Shown piece by piece: positions 39,634 through 48,640 of a stretch of DNA of 61,932 nt. A program made the translations under genes and the position numbers. The notes beneath the pieces were generated by a model. The model searched no databases. It was given only the letters and a program-made list of their open reading frames with translations, and was not told the DNA's origin. The DNA is from Myxococcota bacterium (GTDB taxonomy: Bacteria > Myxococcota_A > UBA9160 > UBA4427). Position 1 is the stretch's first letter, and each line of letters opens with the position of its first letter. The stretch covers positions 1 through 61,932 of the forward strand of contig JAYZFK010000058.1 in NCBI GenBank assembly GCA_036336835.1, in the 5' to 3' direction.

Positions 39634-42057
39634 TCAGGCCTCGCGCGCCCGGCCTCCCGCTCCGAGCACGTGCAACGGCACCGCCAGCAACAGGTAGCAG
39701 GCCGCGCCGGCGAGCAGACAGGCCCGGATGCCCAGGGTCATCGCAATCACGACCGAGGCGAGCGTTCCCATCACGCCGAGCGCTCCGTTGAGCCCCCACA
39801 TCCAGGACTGCGCCTCGGGGTTGATCTCCCCGAGCAGCCGCATGCCGAGCGGGAAGAAGAAGCCCAGCACGAAGGCAACCGGAAACGTGAAGACGACTAC
39901 GGTCGCAACCCGGTAGGGAAGCAGCGAGCTGATCGAGAAGTCGATGGCCGTCTGCGACGCAACGGCCGCGAGTACGACGAGCACCACTGCGAGCAGGTTC
40001 AGACCCCGCAGCGTGCCGGTTGCATCCGTCCGGATCCGGTCCGACACGAGACTTCCCAGCCCGCTGGCGAGAATGATCGACATCAGGGTCACCGCCACCG
40101 AATGGATCGGGTGACCCAGCAGGATCGAGAACTTCTGCATCAACCCGACCTCGATCAGCATGAAGCCGAGGCCGATCAGACCGAAGTAGCTCGCCGCGGC
40201 GGCAAACGTCCGGCTGGGCAGCCCGTGGCCCCGACCCCGAATCACCAGGGGGCCGACGATCGAGACCGCGATCAGACACACCACGATGACGAGCAGCACG
40301 ATCAGCGTCTGCGTGGCCTTGAGATTGCCGCCCACCACACCCGCGTTCGGCTGATCGTCCGACAGCTTTCGCCAGGCCGTGAACTTGAGCATGTTGAAGA
40401 AGAAGGGCCGGTCGTCGGTGCTCGGCCCGAGCTGGAAGATCGGGTGTCGTGTCGCGGCCTCGAGGCCAGCCCACGTTCTCGCCGCGAGGATACGGCGCAG
40501 GATCGGGTCGCGCGTTCGCAGCCCCGGCACCGCGACCCACCGGAAGCCCTCCTCCTCGATGCTTTGCAGCACCTTCTCCAGGTCCTCGGGCTCCAGTGGG
40601 TCGACACCCACCAGCAGCGTCGACACGTTGGCCGAGGCGACGAGGACGATGTGTGACGCCGGATCTTCGGCGCCACGCCGGAGCAGCGTGCCGACTGCGA
40701 GCGAGAGCGCGCGTGCTGTCTCGCTCACCCGCCCGGGATGGTAGTAGCGCGACACCGAGAACAGACCACCCGGCCGGAGACGGTCGAGGAACATGCTCCA
40801 GGCCTCGAGCGTATACAGGCCGTTCTCGGTCAGGGTCATGGCGCCGGCGCTGGTGGCCGCAAAGGTGTCGATCAGCGACATCTGCACGAGGTCGAAGCGC
40901 TCGTCGGTGCGCGTCATCCAGCTGCGCCCATCGTCGTGGACCAGCGTGACGTCCTCACGCCCGACGAGGCCCGTGTACGACTTCAATCGGTCGTTCAAGA
41001 GATCGACCAGGGTTCCATTCACCTCGATCCCCGTCACGTGCGAAGCGCGGAACCCGAGCGCCGTGAGGAAATCCCGCCCGCCCCCGACCCCGATCACGGC
41101 GACGCGGCCCCGACCCCGAAGCTGATAGGGCAGACTGGTAACGTCGTGCCGCACCCAGTCGAGGCGCCGCGGATCGCCCTCGAATCGGGTGGCCGCGGTA
41201 AACGCGGCGCCATCGATCTGGATGCCGATCGAGTAGACAGCGGGCGGCGCGCCACCGCTGCCGCTCGTCCCCTGCCCCCAGAAGAAGGGTTCCTGTTGCC
41301 TTCGCGCGCTGCCGATCACGCGCGAGTGGCTGTTCCAGCGATCGAAGAGCAACCCCGGCGGCACGTCGACGCCGTTCATCCGCGAGACCCAGATAAGGTT
41401 GGGATACATTGCGCCGTTCGCCAGTGAGAGCACCGCCAGCAGCCCAATCAGCACGAGCGGCGCCGGCCGCAGCCGCCCATCGGTGCCGAGCGAGAACGCG
41501 ACGGCGGCGATCGCCGCCAGCGTCCCGGTCATCGCGCAGGCGGTGCTCGGATCCACCCACTCGAGTAGCGCGATTGCCGTGAGGCAGCCGAGCGCGGCAC
41601 CGAGCAGATCCACCCCGTAGACCCGGCCGACCGGAAGCGGCGTTCGGGTCAGCGCAAGAGCGACGACCACACCCGAGAAGTAGAAGGGGGCGGCCGTGAT
41701 GATCACGGCCGCGACGAGCACGACGAGATGCGCGGCCTGCAGCTCGAACTCGCCGAGCCGCGAGATCCAGAGCAGCAGGACGTGGCTCAGCGGCAGGCTC
41801 ACCGCCAGCAGACAGGCGTTGGAGATCAGCATCCGGCGCGTAGCGTCGCCGCGGCCCGAATCCTCCCGGCCCCGCAGGTACACCGACAGCCCGGCAGCCG
41901 TCATCCCGAGCATCGCCAGCGAGATCGCGAGAAAGGCCAGGTGATACCAGGTGATGACGCTGAAGATCCGCGTCGTGATCAGCTGATGCACCAGGGTGCA
42001 CAGGGTCGTCAGGAAGACACCGCAGTAGAACACCGCCGGTCGCTGGATCGAGCCCAT
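39634..42057 (-). CDS. Polytopic membrane protein with central spermidine-synthase-like SAM-binding domain
   Basis: About 7 TMs, then IGVGGG / IEVN / DDGR / FDLV / ENGLYTLEA domain, then about 6 TMs. Confidence 0.85.
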   Translation of the reverse strand: MGSIQRPAVFYCGVFLTTLCTLVHQLITTRIFSVITWYHLAFLAISLAMLGMTAAGLSVYLRGREDSGRGDATRRMLISNACLLAVSLPLSHVLLLWISRLGEFELQAAHLVVLVAAVIITAAPFYFSGVVVALALTRTPLPVGRVYGVDLLGAALGCLTAIALLEWVDPSTACAMTGTLAAIAAVAFSLGTDGRLRPAPLVLIGLLAVLSLANGAMYPNLIWVSRMNGVDVPPGLLFDRWNSHSRVIGSARRQQEPFFWGQGTSGSGGAPPAVYSIGIQIDGAAFTAATRFEGDPRRLDWVRHDVTSLPYQLRGRGRVAVIGVGGGRDFLTALGFRASHVTGIEVNGTLVDLLNDRLKSYTGLVGREDVTLVHDDGRSWMTRTDERFDLVQMSLIDTFAATSAGAMTLTENGLYTLEAWSMFLDRLRPGGLFSVSRYYHPGRVSETARALSLAVGTLLRRGAEDPASHIVLVASANVSTLLVGVDPLEPEDLEKVLQSIEEEGFRWVAVPGLRTRDPILRRILAARTWAGLEAATRHPIFQLGPSTDDRPFFFNMLKFTAWRKLSDDQPNAGVVGGNLKATQTLIVLLVIVVCLIAVSIVGPLVIRGRGHGLPSRTFAAAASYFGLIGLGFMLIEVGLMQKFSILLGHPIHSVAVTLMSIILASGLGSLVSDRIRTDATGTLRGLNLLAVVLVVLAAVASQTAIDFSISSLLPYRVATVVVFTFPVAFVLGFFFPLGMRLLGEINPEAQSWMWGLNGALGVMGTLASVVIAMTLGIRACLLAGAACYLLLAVPLHVLGAGGRAREA

Positions 42058-42126
42058 CGAATCGATCGTATCACGCTGCCTTTCGGAATCACGGCAGCGC
42101 GGCGGGCACGGTCGCAGCCGCGCCGA

Positions 42127-43671
42127 TCAGGTTGCGTCGCGATCGACTTTCGCCGGCGCCGGCAGCTGCATCTCGAGCAGCGTGTAGAGCGAAACCAGCA
42201 GAAGGATGACCGAGGCAGCGACGAACTCGAGCCGGTCTTCGTAGAAGTAGAGACTGGCGAGACACATGCCACCCATCGCGATCAGCAGGCCAATGCCGAT
42301 CCTGGGCCGACGGGTCGCGAGCAGGCACGGCACGACCATGCAGCTCGAGTAGTACGATGGCATCTGCGTGAGCACGAGCATCAACGCGAAGCCCATCGCC
42401 GCGGCCTCCCAGTCCGACGCATCTCTCACACCTCTCCAGACGAGCAGCAACAGCAGGCACACTCCGGCCAGGTAGTAAGGCCGCCGCGACGCGAAGTTCT
42501 GGTCCTTCAGCTTCTGAACGGACGACGGCGTGACCACGACCGGGAAGCCGACTAGCTCGGCACCCGGTGCACGTGAGGAGAACGAGAGCAGAGGCCGCAG
42601 CCCGACACTGTTCCACGCCGTGATCTGCGACCAGGGCACGATGTTCCCGGTGAAGTCGGCATACACCCCGGGGCCTCTCCCACTGACGGGGACCGACACG
42701 ATCACCAGCGCGCTGGCCGCAACCCCGAAGCCGATCGCGAACTTCCGAACGCCGGGGTCCAGGGCTCCCTCGCGGCGCCAGCGCAGAAGCACTGCGAGGC
42801 CGTAGCCCGCGACGAGGAGAACGGGAAAGATCCGCAGGAGTGAAGACAGCGCAAGAAGCATCCCCGCCCCCAGATACCGCTCCTTGCGGAGCAGGCAGAG
42901 GCCGATGATGCTCGAGACGAGCCATGGATATCGAAGGAAGGCGTCGCCGATCCAGATGTATCTCGACATCGGATTGACCGCCCAGACCAGTGCGGCCAGG
43001 CACAGCGCCTCGAGTCCGAACGCCCAGCCAATGAACGCGAGGCTGACCAGGACCAGGACGAGATCGAGCAGGCCCAGCAGCCGCATCGACGACGCTTCCG
43101 CCGGAAACAGCGAGCCAACCGGACGGCCGATCAGCGTCCAGACCGGGGATGGGTTGTATCCCTGGTCCTCCCACAGGCTGGCCCACTTCTCTTCCGAGAA
43201 GATGCCCCTGAACCAGCGGACATCGGCCTGAAACTGCTGCCAGCGCTGCGGAGTGAAATCGCGCCTGCAACGCTCACGCTGCAGCAGAGGATCGATCACC
43301 GTGCGGTGCAGCGGATTCCGGAGATCTCGGATCGCGATCCCGGGCGGGGTGCCGGGCGAGTCCACCGCCAGCGCCGAGACACTGCACTCGTACAGACCGA
43401 AGTACCCGAGCTCGGGGAAGTATTTGGAGCCCATGTAATAGTTGTAGACGTCGTGCTTGTGGATGCCGGACTGGTGCCGCCAGATGAAGAAATTGTAGGC
43501 CGAGGCAAACGCCAGAAACGCGACGAGTCCCAGCGCGACCGTCCTGCTGCGGCGGAGCGTCTGTCCGCGGCCGGACTTTCGCAGGTACTGCCCGGCTACT
43601 AGCAAGCACAGCGCGAGCGCACTGAGAAGCACGCGAACGAGCAGCAGGTTGAAGTCGGCTTCCGCGGTCAT
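42127..43671 (-). CDS. Polytopic membrane protein, GT-C-like (putative glycosyltransferase)
   Basis: HDVYNYY after TM2, periplasmic loop with a Cys pair, YNPSP, LLRIFP, about 10 TMs. Confidence 0.6.
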   Translation of the reverse strand: MTAEADFNLLLVRVLLSALALCLLVAGQYLRKSGRGQTLRRSRTVALGLVAFLAFASAYNFFIWRHQSGIHKHDVYNYYMGSKYFPELGYFGLYECSVSALAVDSPGTPPGIAIRDLRNPLHRTVIDPLLQRERCRRDFTPQRWQQFQADVRWFRGIFSEEKWASLWEDQGYNPSPVWTLIGRPVGSLFPAEASSMRLLGLLDLVLVLVSLAFIGWAFGLEALCLAALVWAVNPMSRYIWIGDAFLRYPWLVSSIIGLCLLRKERYLGAGMLLALSSLLRIFPVLLVAGYGLAVLLRWRREGALDPGVRKFAIGFGVAASALVIVSVPVSGRGPGVYADFTGNIVPWSQITAWNSVGLRPLLSFSSRAPGAELVGFPVVVTPSSVQKLKDQNFASRRPYYLAGVCLLLLLVWRGVRDASDWEAAAMGFALMLVLTQMPSYYSSCMVVPCLLATRRPRIGIGLLIAMGGMCLASLYFYEDRLEFVAASVILLLVSLYTLLEMQLPAPAKVDRDAT

Positions 43672-43916
43672 GGAGCACGAGAACGCACGGGCGAGCTAGT
43701 CGTGGCAGGCCTCGATCAGGATGTCCGCGATCTCGCGGTGCATGATACGTGGAACGGCTGCTCACCGGGCTGGCGCTCGGCCGGATCGAGGTGTTCAGGG
43801 ACCGGACCGCCGTCCTCGAGCAGCGCGCCGAGGCTGCCCTGGGCCGGAGCCCGATCTGCCGTGGGGCGCATGGGCGCCTTCCCTTCCTCGCGCGCGGCAT
43901 CCGCACCGCCGCCGTC

Positions 43917-44969
43917 CTACCAGACGGGCCGCGCGAAGGCGCCGTCGGGAAGCAGCAACCGATCGCCGCTTCCATCGATGCGCCGGATGAACAAGCGGTG
44001 CAGGCCCCCCTCGAGCGCCACGTAGGCCACCAGGCTTCCATCCGGTGAGACCGCCGGCTCGATCTCGTCGCGCACGCCGCGCCCGATCGGCAGCCTGCCG
44101 CCACCCTCCGCGCGCATCCGGCGCAGCCGCCACCCGCCGCCGATGCGAGCGCTGTACACGATCCACTCACCGTCGGCATTGAACACCGGATCGCGCCCAC
44201 GACCGAGCGACTCGAGCTTCGAGTCCGCTCCCGGCGGCCAGGTCTGGAGCGGGGCCTGCGGAGACAGCGCGAACAGCATCCGCGCACCCCGGCCTCCCCG
44301 CTCGCGCCGAGCGGGATCCACGACGGCGAGCAGCAGCCTGTCGCCCCGGGGCGACCATCTCACGTCGTAGACAGGAGGCCCTTCGAAAGCGACCCGCCGC
44401 GCTCCCTCGCCACTCGCCGTGAGCTCGACGCGAGACCACCCGTCTCCCCGGTCCGCAACCACGGCCAGGCGTCCGTCGGGTCCGTAGTCGCCCCGCGCGT
44501 GAGCCAGTGGCCCCGTCGTCACGGGCCGCAGCTCTTCTGCGACGACCCAATACTCGTGCAGCTGCACACTGCCGCGCCGGCCGGGCGCCGCAAGCAGCAG
44601 GGCGCTGCGATCGGGCGACCAGGCCAGCGGCACGGCACCCGGAGGTGCCGCCTCGACCCGCTGGATCGCCCCGGTCGCCGGATCCACCAGGCTCAAGTGA
44701 CCGGGGTAGCGGTGCGCAACCGCCCGTGCCTCGTCGCCTCGCAGCCCGAGCATGCGCCCGAGATCACCGACGTCGGCGACGCCGAGCCGGTTCGGCCGCT
44801 CCAGCTCGGTCTCGGCCTCCGAGCGATCGCGGGCCGCCTGCCGGTCCCAGTACAGGACGGCGATGGGTGGCTGCGCGAGCTCACCCGGTCCAATGCCCGA
44901 AGCCGAGCAGCCGGCGAGCGTGATCAGCGCGAGCAGTGCTCGCGCGTCGAGCACGCTGACGCGTCTCAC
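43917..44969 (-). CDS. TolB-like beta-propeller lipoprotein
   Basis: Lipobox LAGC; WSPD, YGPDG, WSP.G, FNADG, VSPDG repeats. Confidence 0.82.
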   Translation of the reverse strand: MRRVSVLDARALLALITLAGCSASGIGPGELAQPPIAVLYWDRQAARDRSEAETELERPNRLGVADVGDLGRMLGLRGDEARAVAHRYPGHLSLVDPATGAIQRVEAAPPGAVPLAWSPDRSALLLAAPGRRGSVQLHEYWVVAEELRPVTTGPLAHARGDYGPDGRLAVVADRGDGWSRVELTASGEGARRVAFEGPPVYDVRWSPRGDRLLLAVVDPARRERGGRGARMLFALSPQAPLQTWPPGADSKLESLGRGRDPVFNADGEWIVYSARIGGGWRLRRMRAEGGGRLPIGRGVRDEIEPAVSPDGSLVAYVALEGGLHRLFIRRIDGSGDRLLLPDGAFARPVW

Positions 44970-45478
44970 TCTCCGACTTCGATCAGTGCGCCCACGTAGT
45001 GGCCGCTGCTGGGGTCGCGGTCGAAGATGCCCGCCCCCGAAACACGTTGCTCCCAGACGGCGAGCACGAGGTGGCTCGCTTCCGGAAATGGAAAGAAAGC
45101 CGAGTCCGCGAACTCCTGGTCCAGCTCGGAGAAGTAGACGCCTGCACCCACGTGAGAGTGATAGACGGCCGTCACCTGCTCTCCCCTGCCCTCGGCGTCC
45201 TGTGCGGCCCTCAGGTAGTCGCCCTCGTTGATCACGAAGCCATGCGTCCCGTCGCGTGGGTAGGCGTCCGGGTCGGAGCGATGGCGGGCGCTCATCTCGT
45301 TGTGGCAGCGGTAGACCGTGGCAAACCGCTCACCGGCGTGCCCGGTCACCAGACCGCAGCACTCCTCGGGCTGGGCTTCGAGCGCATGGTTGCACAGCTC
45401 GTTGATCACCCGCCCCGGGATTCGGACGGGTACGCGCAGCGGATCGAGATCGACCCTGGCGCGCGCCTGCTCGGCCAC
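44966..45478 (-). CDS. JAB/MPN+ (M67) metallopeptidase, Mec-like
   Basis: PEECCGL, YHSH, YFSELD (JAMM motif). Confidence 0.9.
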   Translation of the reverse strand: MAEQARARVDLDPLRVPVRIPGRVINELCNHALEAQPEECCGLVTGHAGERFATVYRCHNEMSARHRSDPDAYPRDGTHGFVINEGDYLRAAQDAEGRGEQVTAVYHSHVGAGVYFSELDQEFADSAFFPFPEASHLVLAVWEQRVSGAGIFDRDPSSGHYVGALIEVGE

Positions 45479-45726
45479 GACGACACCTCGCTCTACGTCC
45501 CGGAGCCCGCCCCGACCTCGGTAACGGGGAGCGACAATCCGACGGCGGGCCGAGAACGCCTGGCTCGGTCCCGTGGGCCCTGCGGGGGCAGACAGCCGCA
45601 GTCTACGCGAGCCAAGCTCGCCTCGCGACCGGGCTGGCGACGAGCGGAAGCTGAAAGAAACGGGCCGCTTGCGCGCGCCGCGGCCCGGTCTACCGCCGAC
45701 TGCGCGCGAAGCCAATGGACAGCCGG

Positions 45727-46203
45727 TCAGATCTGATACTCGTAGCCTTCGACCGCGGTTCGGGGAACGGCGTCGCGCGCCGCCCGGCGGCACAGATCCT
45801 CCACCGTCACCTCGGCCAGGACCTCGCCGAGGCGGTCGCCGAGCTCGTCCCACAAGAAGTCGGGCCCGTTGGCGCTCGCCGCGGCGCCCGCTTCCTCCAC
45901 CTCGTCAGCCGCGCCGTCGCGCGCGAAGGGCGCGAAGGGCGCGAGCGGCCCCTCGACGGCCTCCACCACGCTGCGCAGATCGAGTTCCGCCGGGGTCCGC
46001 AGCAGGCTGTAGCCCCCGCCCGGGCCGCGCTTGCCCACGATCAACCCCGCCCGGCGCAGACGCTGGAAGATCTGCTCGAGATAGCGGGTCGGGATGCCCT
46101 GCCGCTCGCCGATCACTCGCACCTGGACGGCCTCGCCGTGGCCGTTGTAGGCCAGGTCGAACACACCACAGATCGCGTAGCGAGCCTGGAGCGAGAAGCG
46201 CAT
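45727..46203 (-). CDS. Rrf2-family transcriptional regulator
   Basis: MRFSLQARYA, YLEQIFQRLRRAGL, KRGPGGGY, VEGPL; lacks the IscR Cys triad. Confidence 0.93.
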   Translation of the reverse strand: MRFSLQARYAICGVFDLAYNGHGEAVQVRVIGERQGIPTRYLEQIFQRLRRAGLIVGKRGPGGGYSLLRTPAELDLRSVVEAVEGPLAPFAPFARDGAADEVEEAGAAASANGPDFLWDELGDRLGEVLAEVTVEDLCRRAARDAVPRTAVEGYEYQI

Positions 46204-46277
46204 CGGCCGGGCAGCATGCCGAACAGCCCCGTACCCCGCCACGCGCAGCCGTTGGGACTGGCTACTCTCGCGCGCCG

Positions 46278-46703
46278 ATGTCCAGGCAGCTTCCGCCGCC
46301 CCACCCCGACCCAGGTCGGGCGCTCGCTCGCGCGGTCCGCACGCTGCATCGCTGCGTGCTCGGACTGCTCGCGGCCTGTGCGCTGGTCGTCGCGCTGGCC
46401 GCCGAGTCCAGCAGCGCACAAGACGTCCCCCCGCGCAGCTACACGCTGGTCGCCGTCGGGCTCGCTCTCGGTGTGGTGGCGGCTCGCCGGCTGTCGACAT
46501 CGCCGGTGATCAGCGCTCGGGCCTGCGCCCGACTCTCGATCGTCTCATTGGCTCTTGCGGGCGCGCTCGGACTGGTTGCGGCCGCGCTCGGCGCTCGGCA
46601 CGGCGCAACGCAGTCGGCGCTCGTGTTCACCCTGGCAGCGGCCCTGTTCGTGCTGCGTCCGCCCGCGCTGGCCCGCCCGGCCAGTCCGACTCCCGGGGCC
46701 TGA
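46278..46703 (+). CDS. Small 4-TM membrane protein
   Basis: Four hydrophobic helices; ends 3 bp before the ABC-F start. Confidence 0.6.
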   Translation: MSRQLPPPHPDPGRALARAVRTLHRCVLGLLAACALVVALAAESSSAQDVPPRSYTLVAVGLALGVVAARRLSTSPVISARACARLSIVSLALAGALGLVAAALGARHGATQSALVFTLAAALFVLRPPALARPASPTPGA

Positions 46704-46706
46704 GGC

Positions 46707-48638
46707 ATGCTGCTGCGGCTCGAACAGGTCTCGCGCTCCTTCGGAGACCGGACGCTGTTCGAGCGGGTCGAGGTCGAGGTGCGGGCGGGCGACCGCATCG
46801 GCATCGTCGGCCCCAACGGCGCCGGCAAGACGACGTTGCTCCGCATCGCGGCGGGGATCGACCCCCCCGACGGCGGTCGCGTACACCTGCCGCGCGGAGC
46901 CTGCGTCGGCCTGCTCCGCCAGGAGATCGACCCGCGTCGCGACGAGACGGTACGCAGCGAGGCCGCAACCGCCCTCTCGCATCTCGCCGACCTCGAGGCC
47001 GAGATGCGGGATCTCGAACGCCAGATCGCCGAGATCGCTGGCGCGGTGCCCGATTCGCTGGCCGGACGCTACGACGTGGCGAGCACGCGCTTCGAGCACG
47101 CGAGCGGCTTCGCGCGCGACGCACGCGTCGATGCCGTGCTCGAGGGGCTCGGGTTCGACGCGGCCGCGCGAGAGCGACCTCTGTCGTCGTTCTCCGGCGG
47201 CTGGCTGATGCGCGTCGAGCTCGCCAAGCTGCTGCTTGCAGAGCCCGACGTGCTGCTGCTCGACGAGCCAACCAACCACCTCGACCTGCCGACGATCGAG
47301 TGGTTCGAATCCGTCCTGGCGAGCTTCCGCGGCGCGTTGCTCGTGGTGTCGCACGATCGCAGCTTCCTGCGCCGGCACGTGACACGCATCGCGGAACTCG
47401 ACGGACGAGGCCGCTTCACGCTCTACGAGCACCGCTACGACGACTACCTGGCCGAGCGCAAGCAGCGGCAGCTCGAGCAGCGCGCCGCCCGCGCTCGACA
47501 GGATCGCGAAATCGCCCACCTCGAGCAGTTCGTCGACCGCTTCCGCTACAAGGCATCGAAGGCCAAGCAGGCCCAGAGCAAGCTCAAGGCGATCGAGCGC
47601 ATCGAGCTCATCGAGGTCGCGGTCGACGCGACGCGCGGCCCGCGGCTGCGCATCCCCGAGCCGGCGCGTGCGGGTCGCGTAGTCCTGCGACTCGAGAGCG
47701 TCCACAAGCGCTACGGCGACAACGTCGTGTACAGCGGGCTCGACTTCCAGCTCGAACGCGGCGAGCGAGTTGCGCTGGTGGGACCGAACGGCGCCGGCAA
47801 GTCGACCCTGCTGCGCATCGGCGCCGGCGCCATCGACATCGACTCCGGGGTGCGCGAGACGGGTCACAACGTCGAGACCGCCTACTTTGCACAGCACCAG
47901 CTCGAGGCGCTCGACGAGCGGCACAGCGTGCTCGAGGCACTCGCTGCCGAAGCCACCCTGGCGGACCACGCACGCCTGCGCAGCCACCTCGGCGCCCTGC
48001 TGTTCTCGGGCGACGACGTCAGCAAGCCCATCTCGGTGCTATCCGGCGGCGAGAAGGCGCGCGTCGCGCTGGCCAAGCTGCTGCTCCGGCCGAGCAACCT
48101 GCTCGTGCTCGACGAGCCGACCAACCACCTCGACGTAACGGCCTGCGAGATCCTCGAGCAGGCCCTTGCGAGCTTCGCCGGCACTCTGCTCTTCGTCTCG
48201 CACGACCGCAGCTTCATCAACGCGATTGCGACGCGCGTCGTCGAGGTCCAGCCCGGACGCATCCAGAGCTTCCCGGGCAACTACGACGACTACCAACGCA
48301 AGCTCGCGGCCTCGAACACCACCGCAGCCGACCCGGCGCGGGGCGCGCCGGTCGCGACCAAGGCGGAGCGAATCGCCGCGCGCCAGGCCGAGCGCGAGCG
48401 CCAGAAGTCGATCGAGCGCGTCCGACGCAAGCTGTCGGCCAGCGAGACCGAGATCCAGGCCACGGAACAGGCGCTGGTCGAGCTCGCTCACCGACTGGCC
48501 GATCCCGAGGTATACCGCGATGGAGAGCGCGTGCGAGAGATCGAGGCCGAACGCAGCACGCTGCAGGAGCGGACCGACGCCCTGTACCGCGACTGGGAAC
48601 TCCTGGCCGCTGAGCTCGAGAGCGCCGAGCAGAGCTAG
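46707..48638 (+). CDS. ABC-F family ATPase
   Basis: Two NBDs (GPNGAGK, SGG, LDEPTNHLD) with linker, no TMs, C-terminal coiled coil. Confidence 0.96.
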   Translation: MLLRLEQVSRSFGDRTLFERVEVEVRAGDRIGIVGPNGAGKTTLLRIAAGIDPPDGGRVHLPRGACVGLLRQEIDPRRDETVRSEAATALSHLADLEAEMRDLERQIAEIAGAVPDSLAGRYDVASTRFEHASGFARDARVDAVLEGLGFDAAARERPLSSFSGGWLMRVELAKLLLAEPDVLLLDEPTNHLDLPTIEWFESVLASFRGALLVVSHDRSFLRRHVTRIAELDGRGRFTLYEHRYDDYLAERKQRQLEQRAARARQDREIAHLEQFVDRFRYKASKAKQAQSKLKAIERIELIEVAVDATRGPRLRIPEPARAGRVVLRLESVHKRYGDNVVYSGLDFQLERGERVALVGPNGAGKSTLLRIGAGAIDIDSGVRETGHNVETAYFAQHQLEALDERHSVLEALAAEATLADHARLRSHLGALLFSGDDVSKPISVLSGGEKARVALAKLLLRPSNLLVLDEPTNHLDVTACEILEQALASFAGTLLFVSHDRSFINAIATRVVEVQPGRIQSFPGNYDDYQRKLAASNTTAADPARGAPVATKAERIAARQAERERQKSIERVRRKLSASETEIQATEQALVELAHRLADPEVYRDGERVREIEAERSTLQERTDALYRDWELLAAELESAEQS

Positions 48639-48640
48639 GC

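Noticed and set aside
43696..43871. Possible 51-aa minus-strand ORF or relic (MRPTADR..., and HREIADILIEACHD in another frame)
   Set aside because: No recognisable family; the fragments are in different frames.
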